Source: Archaeoglobus fulgidus DSM 4304 (GTDB taxonomy: Archaea; Halobacteriota; Archaeoglobi; Archaeoglobales; Archaeoglobaceae). Taken from it: DNA of 32,000 nucleotides. The DNA is taken from assembly GCF_000008665.1 (NCBI RefSeq), contig NC_000917.1, positions 840,001-872,000 of the forward strand, in the 5' to 3' direction. Position 1 is the stretch's first letter. Each line of letters starts with the position of its first letter. The position numbers and the translations under genes are program-made. The notes under the pieces were generated by a model, which saw only the letters and a list, made by a program, of their open reading frames with translations, ran no database searches and was not told the DNA's origin. Shown piece by piece: positions 8,779-17,700 of the stretch.

Positions 8779-9177
8779 CTAACCTGCAAGCTTATCAGCA
8801 GTCTTCACGAGCTTCACGGCAACCTCGTAGAGCTCGTCAAGCTGCGTTAACGCTCTCTCAACCTTTGAGAGGTCCAGGTGGTTGTAGTGGTGGGCAATGG
8901 CATTCCTGAGGCCGTTGTATCTTCTCAAAAGTTCCGCCTCGCTCTCCTCAATTACACACTCTTCAAGAAGCTTTGAAATGTTGGTGTAGTCATCCTCCAC
9001 CTGCTTTCCCAAATCCTTCACTAACATCGCTACAATGTCCATTACAACCTCCACCGCTGTCATGATGGAGTAAAGAACTGCTCTCTTCCTCACCTCATCC
9101 GACATCGCATGCTCAGTGGCAAAGTTAATCTCCCTCTCCACCCACTCAAGTTTTTCCAAGTATCTCCTTCTTCGCAC
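8779..9177 (-). CDS. HEPN-domain protein, HepT-like (DUF86) toxin candidate
   Basis: 132-aa helical protein with RNAIAHHY, matching the RX4HXY HEPN/HepT motif. GTG start at 9177 overlaps the upstream MNT gene by 32 nt. Confidence 0.88.
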   Translation of the reverse strand: MRRRRYLEKLEWVEREINFATEHAMSDEVRKRAVLYSIMTAVEVVMDIVAMLVKDLGKQVEDDYTNISKLLEECVIEESEAELLRRYNGLRNAIAHHYNHLDLSKVERALTQLDELYEVAVKLVKTADKLAG

Positions 9178-9589
9178 TTAACCACCTCTTCCTCGCCTGA
9201 ATTTTCTCCTCCACGCTACTGAACTCGTTCTCCCTGATCCTCCTCTCCATGTCTTCCCATATTTTCCTCTGCTTGTAGAGGTAAAAGTCAAGCTCATCCT
9301 TTGCGTAAATCCTGATGTGATTTTTTATCACCTCAATGCGAACGTAAAATGGAAGGTCTTCGAACACCTTAACGTCATACTTCCCGCCCAGCTTATGCAT
9401 TACCCTGTCAAAAATCCCCTCCTCTGGCCTGACCAGACAAACGTCAATGTCACTTCTCTTCGTCTCCTCACCTCTGGCGTATGAGCCGTAGAGCAGGATG
9501 CCCAGACAGGAATCGGCGAACTCCCTAAAGTCTTCCCTCAGACTTTCCAGCAGTTTATCATTGCGCCTGATTTCGGGAGCCACATACAT
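9146..9589 (-). CDS. MNT-domain nucleotidyltransferase, MntA-like antitoxin candidate
   Basis: ILLYGSYARGEETKRSDIDVCLV matches the GSX10DXD minimal nucleotidyltransferase motif. Paired with the HEPN gene. Confidence 0.88.
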   Translation of the reverse strand: MYVAPEIRRNDKLLESLREDFREFADSCLGILLYGSYARGEETKRSDIDVCLVRPEEGIFDRVMHKLGGKYDVKVFEDLPFYVRIEVIKNHIRIYAKDELDFYLYKQRKIWEDMERRIRENEFSSVEEKIQARKRWLSAKKEILGKT

Positions 9590-9668
9590 TCTCTGACATT
9601 TCCTTTATTTTGTTTTTGATTATCAGTGGTAGAACCTGAAAAATGAACTGAAAAACAAATTGAAGAAA

Positions 9669-11117
9669 TCAGATATCAAAATACTTCATGAATTCCCACG
9701 GAGTGATGTAGAGACAGTACTGGTTCCACTCGTCAATCTTCAGCTCCATGAAGGCGTCGAAGATGTGGCTGCCCAGCACTTCCTGCATAAGCTCATCGCT
9801 TGCCAGATGGTCTATCGCATCTCTAAGCGTTGTAGGCAGCTCTCCCACTCCAAGCTCTCTCTTCTGTGCTGGTGTCAGCTCGTAAACGTCCTCAAGCAGC
9901 GGGTCACCGGGGTCTATCTTCTTCTTTATTCCGTCTAAGCCGGCAGCAAGCTGGGCTGTGATGGCAAGATAAGGATTGCAGCTCGGGTCAACACCCCTGT
10001 ACTCCACCCTTATTGCTGAGGGCTTCTTGACATACATCGGCACCCTCACTAAAGCGGACCTGTTCCTCGGGCTCCAGCAGATGTAGATGGGAGCTTCAAA
10101 GCCCGGCACAAGGCGCTTGTAGCTGTTCACTGTCGGAGCGCAGAGTGCTGTCAGAGCCTTTGCATGCTCCAGCAACCCACCTATGTAGTAGCGGGCCTTC
10201 TGGCTCAGCATGTACTCATCATCAGGATCTGCAAAAACAGCCTCGCCGCTGAAGGGCTCTCCCTTCCAGAGGCTCTGGTGGGTGTGCATTCCGCTCGCGT
10301 TGTCGAGGTAAAGCGGCTTTGGCATGAAGGTCGCATACAACCCGTGCATCGCTGCAATGTTCTTCGCTGCGAACTTGTAGAGGTAGAAAGCATCACCAAC
10401 ATCCACAAGCTGTTTTGGCTTGAAATCCAGCTCCACCTGCCCTGCTGTGGCAACCTCATGGTGGTGGTACTCAATGTCTATTCCGAGCTGCTCCAAATAG
10501 TAAACCAGCTCGTTTCTATATTCAACCGTTGTATCTTCAGGTGGAGGTCTGAAGTAACCCTCCTTGGGCCTTATCATGTACCCACTCTCAAGTTCAGAGC
10601 TGATGGGCATGATTCTCGGCGGACCCCAGCTGTCTCCCGCACCGCCGTTGGGCGAGACCCACATGTCCCAGCTCAGCCTTGTGAAGTCAACACCCTCGAA
10701 AAGGAAGAACTCAATTTCTGGCCCGAATATGGCTGACATTCCCTCGCTCTTCAGCATGTCCTCGTACCTCTTGGCCACGTAACCTCTTGGATCACAGTCA
10801 GCAATCTCAGTGCCCCACGCCTCGTAAACGTTGCCGAACATTATCGCGGACTTCTGAATAGGGTCATCTATCCACGGAATGATTTTAAGCGATGATGCAT
10901 CAGGCATCCAGACCATGTCGCTCTTCTCTATCGTTCTGAACCCTCTGACTGAGGAACCGTCAAAACCGATTCCGTTCTCGAAGGCGCTGCCGTCAACAAA
11001 CTCCCTCGCGGGAATTGAGAACATCTGAAGGTATCCCCTAACATCCGCAAATGCACAGAGTACCTGTCTGACGTTATTTTCCTTCAACACCGCCTTAGCT
11101 CTCTCAACCTCCTCCAT
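9669..11117 (-). CDS. glnA: Glutamine synthetase type I
   Basis: AIFGPEIEFFLFEGVD, GMHTHQSLW, RLVPGFEAPIYICWSPRNRSALVR and IEYRGVDPSCNPYLA motifs. Preferred start at 11117 (MEEVERAKAV) has a good SD (GAGGTGATTGT) and lies inside the longer track ORF. Confidence 0.96.
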   Translation of the reverse strand: MEEVERAKAVLKENNVRQVLCAFADVRGYLQMFSIPAREFVDGSAFENGIGFDGSSVRGFRTIEKSDMVWMPDASSLKIIPWIDDPIQKSAIMFGNVYEAWGTEIADCDPRGYVAKRYEDMLKSEGMSAIFGPEIEFFLFEGVDFTRLSWDMWVSPNGGAGDSWGPPRIMPISSELESGYMIRPKEGYFRPPPEDTTVEYRNELVYYLEQLGIDIEYHHHEVATAGQVELDFKPKQLVDVGDAFYLYKFAAKNIAAMHGLYATFMPKPLYLDNASGMHTHQSLWKGEPFSGEAVFADPDDEYMLSQKARYYIGGLLEHAKALTALCAPTVNSYKRLVPGFEAPIYICWSPRNRSALVRVPMYVKKPSAIRVEYRGVDPSCNPYLAITAQLAAGLDGIKKKIDPGDPLLEDVYELTPAQKRELGVGELPTTLRDAIDHLASDELMQEVLGSHIFDAFMELKIDEWNQYCLYITPWEFMKYFDI

Positions 11118-11148
11118 ACAATCACCTCTCAGCCGCCTTACCATTTCG

Positions 11149-11160
11149 ATATATATTTTT
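11149..11160 (-). promoter_or_regulatory. Candidate TATA box for glnA
   Basis: The minus strand reads AAAAAATATATATCG, about 35-40 nt upstream of the preferred ATG. Confidence 0.5.
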
Positions 11161-11295
11161 TTGCATTCAAGGGGATTTGTTAAATTACCTGCAGGCAAGC
11201 GTAGGTAAATCTGAAAAATCTTCACCAATTCTCAAATACATACCAATACAAACCAATTTTAACAACACAAATCCTCATGTATCCTGACGGTAAGG

Positions 11296-11303
11296 TTTAA
11301 ATA
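11296..11303 (+). promoter_or_regulatory. Candidate TATA box for the ferredoxin/glutamate synthase run
   Basis: GGTTTAAATACAC, about 40 nt upstream of ATG 11340, which has the SD GGAGG. Confidence 0.5.
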
Positions 11304-11339
11304 CACTTAGAGTTGAAGCCCATGTCCGGAGGCGAGAAC

Positions 11340-11795
11340 ATGGCAAGAATAAGGATTGTTTCAAAACCGGAGGTTTGCATTGGATGTCACCTGTGTGAGG
11401 TATGGTGTAGTGTCGCCCACTCAAAGTCAAAGGACATCATCAAGGCCTTCCTCTACGAGCAGCCCAGACCGCAGCCAAGGATACTTGTTGAGGAGGACTT
11501 GCCGGAAACCTACGCCCTGCAGTGCAGGCATTGCGAGGAGCCGAAGTGCGTTGCGGCATGCATAGCTGGAGCGCTCTACAAGGATGACGATGGGATTGTG
11601 ATTCACGATGAGAGTAAATGCGTTGCTTGTTATAGCTGCATCATGGCCTGCCCCTACGGGGCCATAAGAATCAATATTGAAACCAAAAAGCCCCTGAAAT
11701 GCGACCTGTGCAAGGGGCTTGATTATCCTTACTGTGTTAAGTACTGCCCGAACAATGCCTTGGAAATCGTTGAAGAGGTGGAGGAGTACGTATGA
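11340..11795 (+). CDS. Multi-[4Fe-4S] ferredoxin-type electron transfer subunit (HycB/NrfC-like)
   Basis: Cys motifs CIGCHLCEVWC, CRHCEEPKCVAAC, CVACYSCIMAC and CDLCKGLDYPYCVKYC. SD GGAGGCGAGAAC before ATG at 11340. Confidence 0.9.
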   Translation: MARIRIVSKPEVCIGCHLCEVWCSVAHSKSKDIIKAFLYEQPRPQPRILVEEDLPETYALQCRHCEEPKCVAACIAGALYKDDDGIVIHDESKCVACYSCIMACPYGAIRINIETKKPLKCDLCKGLDYPYCVKYCPNNALEIVEEVEEYV

Positions 11796-13081
11796 AGTAC
11801 GATTACGTGATTATTGGAAACTCGGCAGGAGGAATTGGATGCGTGGAGGCGATAAGGGAGCTTGATGTGGATTCAAGCATTCTGGTAATCTCCGCAGAGA
11901 AGTACCACGCCTACTCAAGAGCCCTCATCCCCTACTACCTCGACGGCAAAATTGAGTTCGAGAAGATGTACTACCGCCCACCAGACTTCTACGAGAAAAT
12001 GGACGTTGAAACGAAGCTCGGAGTGAGGGCGGTAGGAGTTGATGTTGAAGCTAAGAAGGTTCTGCTTGAGAGCGGAGAGGAGGTTGAGTACGGGAAGCTT
12101 CTCATCGCAACAGGAGGAAAGCCCTTCATACCGCCGATGGAAGGGCTGGGAGGGCAGAGCAACGTCTTCACCTTCCTGAAGATGGATGATGTGCTTGCGG
12201 TTGAGAAGGCCATCAAGGAGGCAAAGAAGGCGGTGGTTCTCGGTGGAGGTATCATCGGTCTGATGGCATCAGAGGTTCTGGCCAAAAAGGGTTTGGATGT
12301 GAAGGTTGTTGAGCTCGCAGATAGGGTTCTCGCTCCCGTTGTTGATGAAACAACCTCAAGAATCGTGGAGAGAAAGTTTGAGGAGAATGGGGTGGAGATC
12401 ATACTCAACAACACCATCTCCAAGGTTGTTGGAGAGGAAAGGGTTGAGAAAGTCATTCTGAGGGATGGAAGGGAGCTTGAGGCGGACATGCTGCTCGTCG
12501 CTGTAGGTGTCGTTCCGAATGTTGACATCGTGAAGAACACTCCGATAAAGGTCAACAGGGGCATAGTGGTCAACAGGAAAATGGAAACATCCGTAAAGGA
12601 CGTTTACGCATGCGGTGACTGCGCTGAGATTTACGATTTCGTGTTTGGAGCGAACAGAGTTCTGCCACTCTGGCCCACAGCCTACACTGGCGGTAGAATT
12701 GCGGGATTCAACATGGTTGGTATCGAGAGGGAGTACAATTTGGCAACATCAATGAACGCCATGCACTTCTTTGATTACTATATAATCAACGCTGGCCTCA
12801 ACGTTCCAAACGACAGCGAGGAGTTTGAGGTGATTTACAGGCTGGAGGGGGACAGCTACAGAAAGTTCGCCCTTAAGGATGGTAGAATCGCGGGATTCAT
12901 AATCGCAGGAAAGATGGAAAGAGCAGGAATATTCCTCAAGCTGATGGAGGAGGGAATAGACGTCTCATCCTTTAAGGAGAAGCTGCTTAAGGACAACTTC
13001 GGATTTCTGGACATTCCCGAACCAACGAGATGGAAGCTGATTGAAGATAAAATCAAGCTTGGAGTGGTGAGAGAGATATGA
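11792..13081 (+). CDS. FAD-dependent NAD(P)H oxidoreductase (pyridine nucleotide-disulfide oxidoreductase/NADH oxidase family)
   Basis: N-terminal YVIIGNSAGGIGCVEAIRE, second dinucleotide-binding motif AVVLGGGIIGLMASEVL, and VYACGDCAEIYDFV. Confidence 0.93.
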   Translation: MKYDYVIIGNSAGGIGCVEAIRELDVDSSILVISAEKYHAYSRALIPYYLDGKIEFEKMYYRPPDFYEKMDVETKLGVRAVGVDVEAKKVLLESGEEVEYGKLLIATGGKPFIPPMEGLGGQSNVFTFLKMDDVLAVEKAIKEAKKAVVLGGGIIGLMASEVLAKKGLDVKVVELADRVLAPVVDETTSRIVERKFEENGVEIILNNTISKVVGEERVEKVILRDGRELEADMLLVAVGVVPNVDIVKNTPIKVNRGIVVNRKMETSVKDVYACGDCAEIYDFVFGANRVLPLWPTAYTGGRIAGFNMVGIEREYNLATSMNAMHFFDYYIINAGLNVPNDSEEFEVIYRLEGDSYRKFALKDGRIAGFIIAGKMERAGIFLKLMEEGIDVSSFKEKLLKDNFGFLDIPEPTRWKLIEDKIKLGVVREI

Positions 13082-14214
13082 GGGGTAAGAGAGTCGTTCT
13101 TCCCGATAAGGATCACCAAGCCTGCGGTCTTTTCGGAGTTATAGACCGCAGTGGCAGGAGATTCAGTGGTGAGATGGCCATAAATGCCATGATAAACATG
13201 AAGGTGAGAGGAAACGGCCTTGGCGGTGGTTTTGCAGCTTACGGCATCTATCCTGAGTACAAGGACTACTACGCCCTTCACGTGATGTTCCAGGACTGGG
13301 ACATGGAGGCAAAGCACAGAGTTGATGAGTTTCTGGACGCAAACTTTGATGTTGTGTATGCAGAGGAGATTCCGGTCAATCCGGAAGCGAATGTGGCCTC
13401 ACCCCCGCTATTCTGGCGCTACTTCGTCTCGCCAAACAAGAAGGGGGATGAGAAGAAGCTCAGCGATGATGACTATGTTGTGAAGAAGGTTATGGAGATA
13501 AACACGAAGATTAACAACGCCTACGTCGTCTCATCGGGCAAGGACATGGGCGTTTTCAAGGGAGTCGGCTTCCCTGAGGACATTGCAGAATACTTCATGC
13601 TTGCTGAGGAATACAAGGGCTACATGTGGACGGCCCACTCCCGCTTTCCAACAAACACTCCCGGATGGTGGGGTGGTGCGCATCCATTCTGCATCCTCGA
13701 CTGGACTGTTGTTCACAACGGCGAAATCTCATCTTACGGCACGAACAAGCGCTACCTTGAGATGTTTGGCTATTACTGCACACTGCTTACAGACACAGAA
13801 GTGATGGCCTACGCAGTTGACTTACTCATGAGAAAGCAGGGGTTGCCCATCGAGATAGTCTCCAAGATTTTCGCCCCGCCAATGTGGGACCACATCGACA
13901 TAATGGACGAGAAAAAGAAGAAGTTCTACACCGCTTTAAGAATGAACTACGGACCTCTGCTGATAAACGGCCCCTGGACGATAGTTGTTGCGAGGCACGG
14001 AGAGATGTTTGGAATCACTGACAGAATAAGGCTCAGGCCCATAACCTCGGGAGAGAAGGGTGACCTGCTCTTCGTCTCATCCGAGGAGTCGGCAATCAGA
14101 GCTGTGTGTCCAGATCTGGACAGAGTTTACACGCCGATGGGTGGAGAGCCCGTCATTGGCAGGTTGAAAAGCAGGGAGAAGGAGCTGGCAAAGCAGCTTT
14201 CAGAGGTGGAATGA
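13078..14214 (+). CDS. Glutamate synthase, class II glutamine amidotransferase domain encoded as a separate protein
   Basis: ACGLFGVIDRSG, AHSRFPTNTPGWWGGAHPF and WTVVHNGEISSYGTN motifs of a GATase type II domain. Confidence 0.93.
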   Translation: MRGKRVVLPDKDHQACGLFGVIDRSGRRFSGEMAINAMINMKVRGNGLGGGFAAYGIYPEYKDYYALHVMFQDWDMEAKHRVDEFLDANFDVVYAEEIPVNPEANVASPPLFWRYFVSPNKKGDEKKLSDDDYVVKKVMEINTKINNAYVVSSGKDMGVFKGVGFPEDIAEYFMLAEEYKGYMWTAHSRFPTNTPGWWGGAHPFCILDWTVVHNGEISSYGTNKRYLEMFGYYCTLLTDTEVMAYAVDLLMRKQGLPIEIVSKIFAPPMWDHIDIMDEKKKKFYTALRMNYGPLLINGPWTIVVARHGEMFGITDRIRLRPITSGEKGDLLFVSSEESAIRAVCPDLDRVYTPMGGEPVIGRLKSREKELAKQLSEVE

Positions 14215-15746
14215 TGCTGGAGGGTGAATTTCACACTCACATGCTTCCCGAATTCATGATTGAAAGAAGACAGGACCGCTGCATACGCTGCAGAGTTTGC
14301 GAGAGGCAGTGCGGCTTCAACGTTCACTGGTATGATGAAGAAATGGACATGATGAGAGAGGACGAGATGAAGTGCGTCGGCTGTCAGAGGTGTGCTGTGA
14401 TGTGCCCGACAAACGCTCTTGTGGTGAAACCGCATCCCGGCAACTACAAACCCAACGCCAACTGGACGAGGGAAAGGCTGCAGGACTTGAAGAAGCAGGC
14501 TGAAACAGGAGGAGTCCTTCTCACTGGCTCGGGAAACGACAAGCCCTACAGAATCTACTGGGACCACATCGTGCTGAACGCCTCTCAGGTCACCAACCCC
14601 TCCATCGACCCGCTGAGAGAGCCGATGGAGCTGAGAACTTTCCTCGGCAGAAAGCAGGACAGGCTGGAGTTCAAGTACTCAGAAGACTTTGAGGATATAG
14701 AGATTACAACCGAGCTCTACCCCAACGTTCAGATTGAAACGCCGATCGTCTTCTCGGCCATGTCGTATGGAGCCATAAGCTATCAGGCATTCAAATCCCT
14801 TGCGATGGCCGCAAGCGAGTTTGGTACGCTTTTCAACACCGGAGAAGGCGGATTGCCCAAAGAGCTCAGGAAGTACGGCAAGAATGCCATTGTCCAGTGC
14901 GCAAGCGGTAGGTTCGGAGTCGATCCGGAGTACCTCAACGTTGCAGCGGTGGTTGAGATCAAGATAGGACAGGGGGCGAAGCCGGGAATTGGCGGTCACC
15001 TGCCGGGCGAGAAGGTCACTCTCCCCATCTCAGTCACCAGAATGATTCCTGAGGGGACAGATGCTCTCTCGCCCGCTCCTCAGCATGACATTTACTCCAT
15101 TGAGGATTTGAGCATGCTCATCTACGCCCTCAAGGAAGCGACGAACTACGAGAAGCCCGTGAGCGTTAAGATTGCAGCCGTGCATAACGTTGCAGCGATA
15201 GCGAGCGGTATGGTGAGGGCAGGAGCAGACATAATAGCCATTGACGGCCTGAGAGGAGGAACGGGGGCTGCACCGAAGATGATTAGGGATAATGTCGGTA
15301 TCCCCGTTGAGCTCGCACTCGCAGCAGTTGATCAGAGGCTGAGGGACGAGGGAATCAGGAACAAGGCCTCCATCCTTGTGGCTGGCGGTTTCAGGTGCAG
15401 CGCTGATGTTGTCAAGGCAATTGCCCTTGGTGCTGATGCGGTTTACATCGGAACTCCGGCTTTGGTTGCGATGGGATGCACCCTCTGCCAGAAATGCCAC
15501 ACGGGTATATGCAACTGGGGAATCTGCACCCAAGACCCCTACCTGGCAAAGAGGCTCAACCCGGAAATCACTGCAAAGAGGCTTGTTAACCTCCTGAGGG
15601 CGTGGAGTCACGAAATAAAGGAGATGCTCGGTGGGATGGGTATAAACGCCATAGAGAGCTTGAGAGGAAACAGGGAGCAGCTCCGCGGTGTTGGGCTTGA
15701 GGACTGGGAGCTTGAAGTTCTCGGAATAAAGGGGGCGGGAGAATGA
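14211..15746 (+). CDS. gltB: Glutamate synthase central/FMN-binding domain protein with N-terminal ferredoxin domain
   Basis: CIRCRVCERQC and CVGCQRCAVMCP clusters, then PIVFSAMSYGAISYQA, GEGGLPKELR, KIGQGAKPGIGGHLPGEKV and GIDGLRGGTGAAPK. Starts at 14211 (ATGATG), overlapping the previous stop by 4 nt. Confidence 0.96.
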   Translation: MMLEGEFHTHMLPEFMIERRQDRCIRCRVCERQCGFNVHWYDEEMDMMREDEMKCVGCQRCAVMCPTNALVVKPHPGNYKPNANWTRERLQDLKKQAETGGVLLTGSGNDKPYRIYWDHIVLNASQVTNPSIDPLREPMELRTFLGRKQDRLEFKYSEDFEDIEITTELYPNVQIETPIVFSAMSYGAISYQAFKSLAMAASEFGTLFNTGEGGLPKELRKYGKNAIVQCASGRFGVDPEYLNVAAVVEIKIGQGAKPGIGGHLPGEKVTLPISVTRMIPEGTDALSPAPQHDIYSIEDLSMLIYALKEATNYEKPVSVKIAAVHNVAAIASGMVRAGADIIAIDGLRGGTGAAPKMIRDNVGIPVELALAAVDQRLRDEGIRNKASILVAGGFRCSADVVKAIALGADAVYIGTPALVAMGCTLCQKCHTGICNWGICTQDPYLAKRLNPEITAKRLVNLLRAWSHEIKEMLGGMGINAIESLRGNREQLRGVGLEDWELEVLGIKGAGE

Positions 15747-16585
15747 AGTACTCTATTGGTGGTTTTTGCGACCTCTTCCTCGACTTCTGCAAAGGAATTG
15801 AGGACTTGCTTGACAGGGTCAAGGTGGAAGGCGATACGGCAGTAATCGACGCTAAAGGGCTGACGCACAAGGAGCTGAACGATTTGATGAGGTATGCTGT
15901 GGTTGAGAAGGGAGTGTCGAGGCTCAAGCTGCTGAACGTGATGGGGCAGAGATATATCGGGACGAGGCTCTACCTCCCGGACTCCAGAAAGGTAGAAATT
16001 GAAGTGCACGGCTTCCCAGGAAACGACCTCGGAGCGTTTCTCGCAGGGCACAAAATTGTGGTTTACGGCAACGCACAGGATGGAGTCGGAAACACGATGG
16101 ATGATGGAGAAATAATAGTTCACGGCAGGGCAGGAGATGTCGTGGCTATGGCGATGAGGGGAGGGAGGATCATGATTCGGGACGACGTCGGCTACAGAAC
16201 GGCAATCCACATGAAGGAGTACAAGGACAAGGTTCCGGTGCTGATAGTCGGCGGAACGGCTCAGGACTTCTTTGGGGAGTACATGGCGGGTGGAAGGGTT
16301 GTTCTTCTCGGTCTCAATCTCGGAGACAAGCCCCACAGAGCGCGGTACATAGGAACGGGCATGCATGGGGGAATAATGTACATCCGCGGAAAGGTGGAGC
16401 AGTGGCAGCTTGGCAAGGAGGTCGGCATCGTTGATATGGAAGAAGAGGACTGGAAGTTCCTCGAAAAACACATAGGAGACTTCTGCAAGGAGTTTGGTTT
16501 CGAGAAGGATGAGATACTCGGCGGCAAGTTCCTCAAGCTGAAGCCCGTCACGAAGAGGCCTTACGGCAGAATTTACGCCTATTAA
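15743..16585 (+). CDS. Glutamate synthase C-terminal GXGXG beta-helix domain protein
   Basis: GNDLGAFLAGHKIVVYGNAQDGVGNTMDDGEIIVHGRAGDVVAMAMRGGRIMIRDDVGYRT..GEYMAGGRVVLLG, with repeated beta-helix Gly patterns. ATGA overlap with the previous gene. Confidence 0.95.
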   Translation: MKYSIGGFCDLFLDFCKGIEDLLDRVKVEGDTAVIDAKGLTHKELNDLMRYAVVEKGVSRLKLLNVMGQRYIGTRLYLPDSRKVEIEVHGFPGNDLGAFLAGHKIVVYGNAQDGVGNTMDDGEIIVHGRAGDVVAMAMRGGRIMIRDDVGYRTAIHMKEYKDKVPVLIVGGTAQDFFGEYMAGGRVVLLGLNLGDKPHRARYIGTGMHGGIMYIRGKVEQWQLGKEVGIVDMEEEDWKFLEKHIGDFCKEFGFEKDEILGGKFLKLKPVTKRPYGRIYAY

Positions 16586-16605
16586 ACTTTTTTTAAAAAA
16601 TTAGG

Positions 16606-16633
16606 GTTATACCTTTGTCGTTATACCTTCGTC
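16606..16633. repeat. 14-bp tandem duplication (one mismatch) at the 3' end of the TPR gene
   Basis: GTTATACCTTTGTC (16606-16619) is followed directly by GTTATACCTTCGTC (16620-16633). Confidence 0.8.
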
Positions 16634-17700
16634 CCTGCCTTGAGGAGGTCCTCAGCTATCAGCCTCACCGTATCCTCAAGAATTCCGTCCTCGTATATGT
16701 CGTCCCCCTCAAGCACAGCCTTTATCATTCTCCCAACTCTGCTGTCAAAGTCAATCTCCACCTTCTGGCTCCCGTAGTAGTACTTCAGAATTACCTTTTT
16801 CAGAACTACAGCGTCTTCTCTGAGCTCCGAATCCGATTCAATGACCTTATCCAGGCAGTGCATGAAGTTAATGGACTGAAAACCGAAATTTCTGTAGGCC
16901 ATGAAGCCCAAACAGGCCGCCTCCATGTAGTGCTTGGCGGAGTCTTCCCCCTTTTCCTCGGCCCTTCTCGCCTTGAAGTAAGCTATCTTAGCCTTTAAAT
17001 CGATTGGAAGCTCTCCAAAGCTCTCAAGACGCTCCATAACTCTCCTCAGCTCATCCTCGTCCAGATAGGGCAGGAGGTTCTGCAAAACGGCCGCAATTCC
17101 CAGGTCCTCTCCAACCCGCTCTAAAGCGTCTAAAGCCATCTTCAAAAGCATTGCAGCTTCTCTCTTCCTTCCTCCCCTCTGATAAACCACCGCCAGGTTG
17201 TTAAGCAGAGTCCCCAGCAACCTTGCATCTCCCTTCACCTTCGCCATCTCGAAGGCCTCAACCAAGCACCTTTCAGCGTGCTCCTTCATGTCCAGCTTTG
17301 CATACATCGTTCCGAGAGCGGTCAGAATAGCGAGCCTCTGATCGTTTCTCACGTCACCCAGAACCTTCAACGCGTCCGTGTAGGCCTTCTCCGCCTCAGC
17401 GAACTTCCGGGAAACCTGATAGAGGTTGCCGAGATTGTACAGGCATCCGACAACGTAGGGCAGGAAACCCTCATCCTCCTCGGAGAGCTTCAGATAAACG
17501 TTCAAGGCCTCAAGGTATGCCTCCTCAGCCTCCTTCAGCCTGTGGAGAGCGTAGTAGATATTGCCCAGCGTTCCGAGAACCTTTCCCTTCTCGTGACCCT
17601 CAAGGTCGTCAGAAATGCTCTTTCCAAGCTCTGCAAGCAGCTCAAGCTCTGTCAAGTCTTTTGCATTGTTAAAAGCCTCAACAAACTCATCAGCGTTCAT
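16621..17700 (-). CDS. Tetratricopeptide (TPR) repeat protein
   Basis: Successive TPR-like units: GTLGNIYYALHRLKEAEEAYLEALNVY, YNLGNLYQVSRKFAEAEKAYTDALKV, LGTMYAKLDMKEHAERCLVEAFEMA, NNLAVVYQRGGRKREAAMLLKMALDAL. Preferred start MNADEFVE at 17700. Confidence 0.85.
   Translation of the reverse strand: MNADEFVEAFNNAKDLTELELLAELGKSISDDLEGHEKGKVLGTLGNIYYALHRLKEAEEAYLEALNVYLKLSEEDEGFLPYVVGCLYNLGNLYQVSRKFAEAEKAYTDALKVLGDVRNDQRLAILTALGTMYAKLDMKEHAERCLVEAFEMAKVKGDARLLGTLLNNLAVVYQRGGRKREAAMLLKMALDALERVGEDLGIAAVLQNLLPYLDEDELRRVMERLESFGELPIDLKAKIAYFKARRAEEKGEDSAKHYMEAACLGFMAYRNFGFQSINFMHCLDKVIESDSELREDAVVLKKVILKYYYGSQKVEIDFDSRVGRMIKAVLEGDDIYEDGILEDTVRLIAEDLLKAGTKV

Noticed and set aside
11989-12573. 194-aa minus-strand Ser/Thr-rich ORF
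   Set aside because: Antisense to the FAD/NAD oxidoreductase; the Ser/Thr richness comes from reading Glu/Lys/Gly codons backwards.
13078-13140. Possible wrong start of the GATase domain gene because the nucleophile Cys is about 16 residues in
   Set aside because: Glutamate synthase GATase domains are commonly made with a propeptide removed before the catalytic Cys. The ATG at 13078 has a normal overlap with the upstream stop, so this is not anomalous.
15608-16471. 287-aa minus-strand ORF opposite the glutamate synthase C-terminal gene
   Set aside because: It is antisense to a well-supported CDS, has no recognisable domain and has low-complexity, unlikely composition. It looks like a shadow ORF of a GC-biased coding region.
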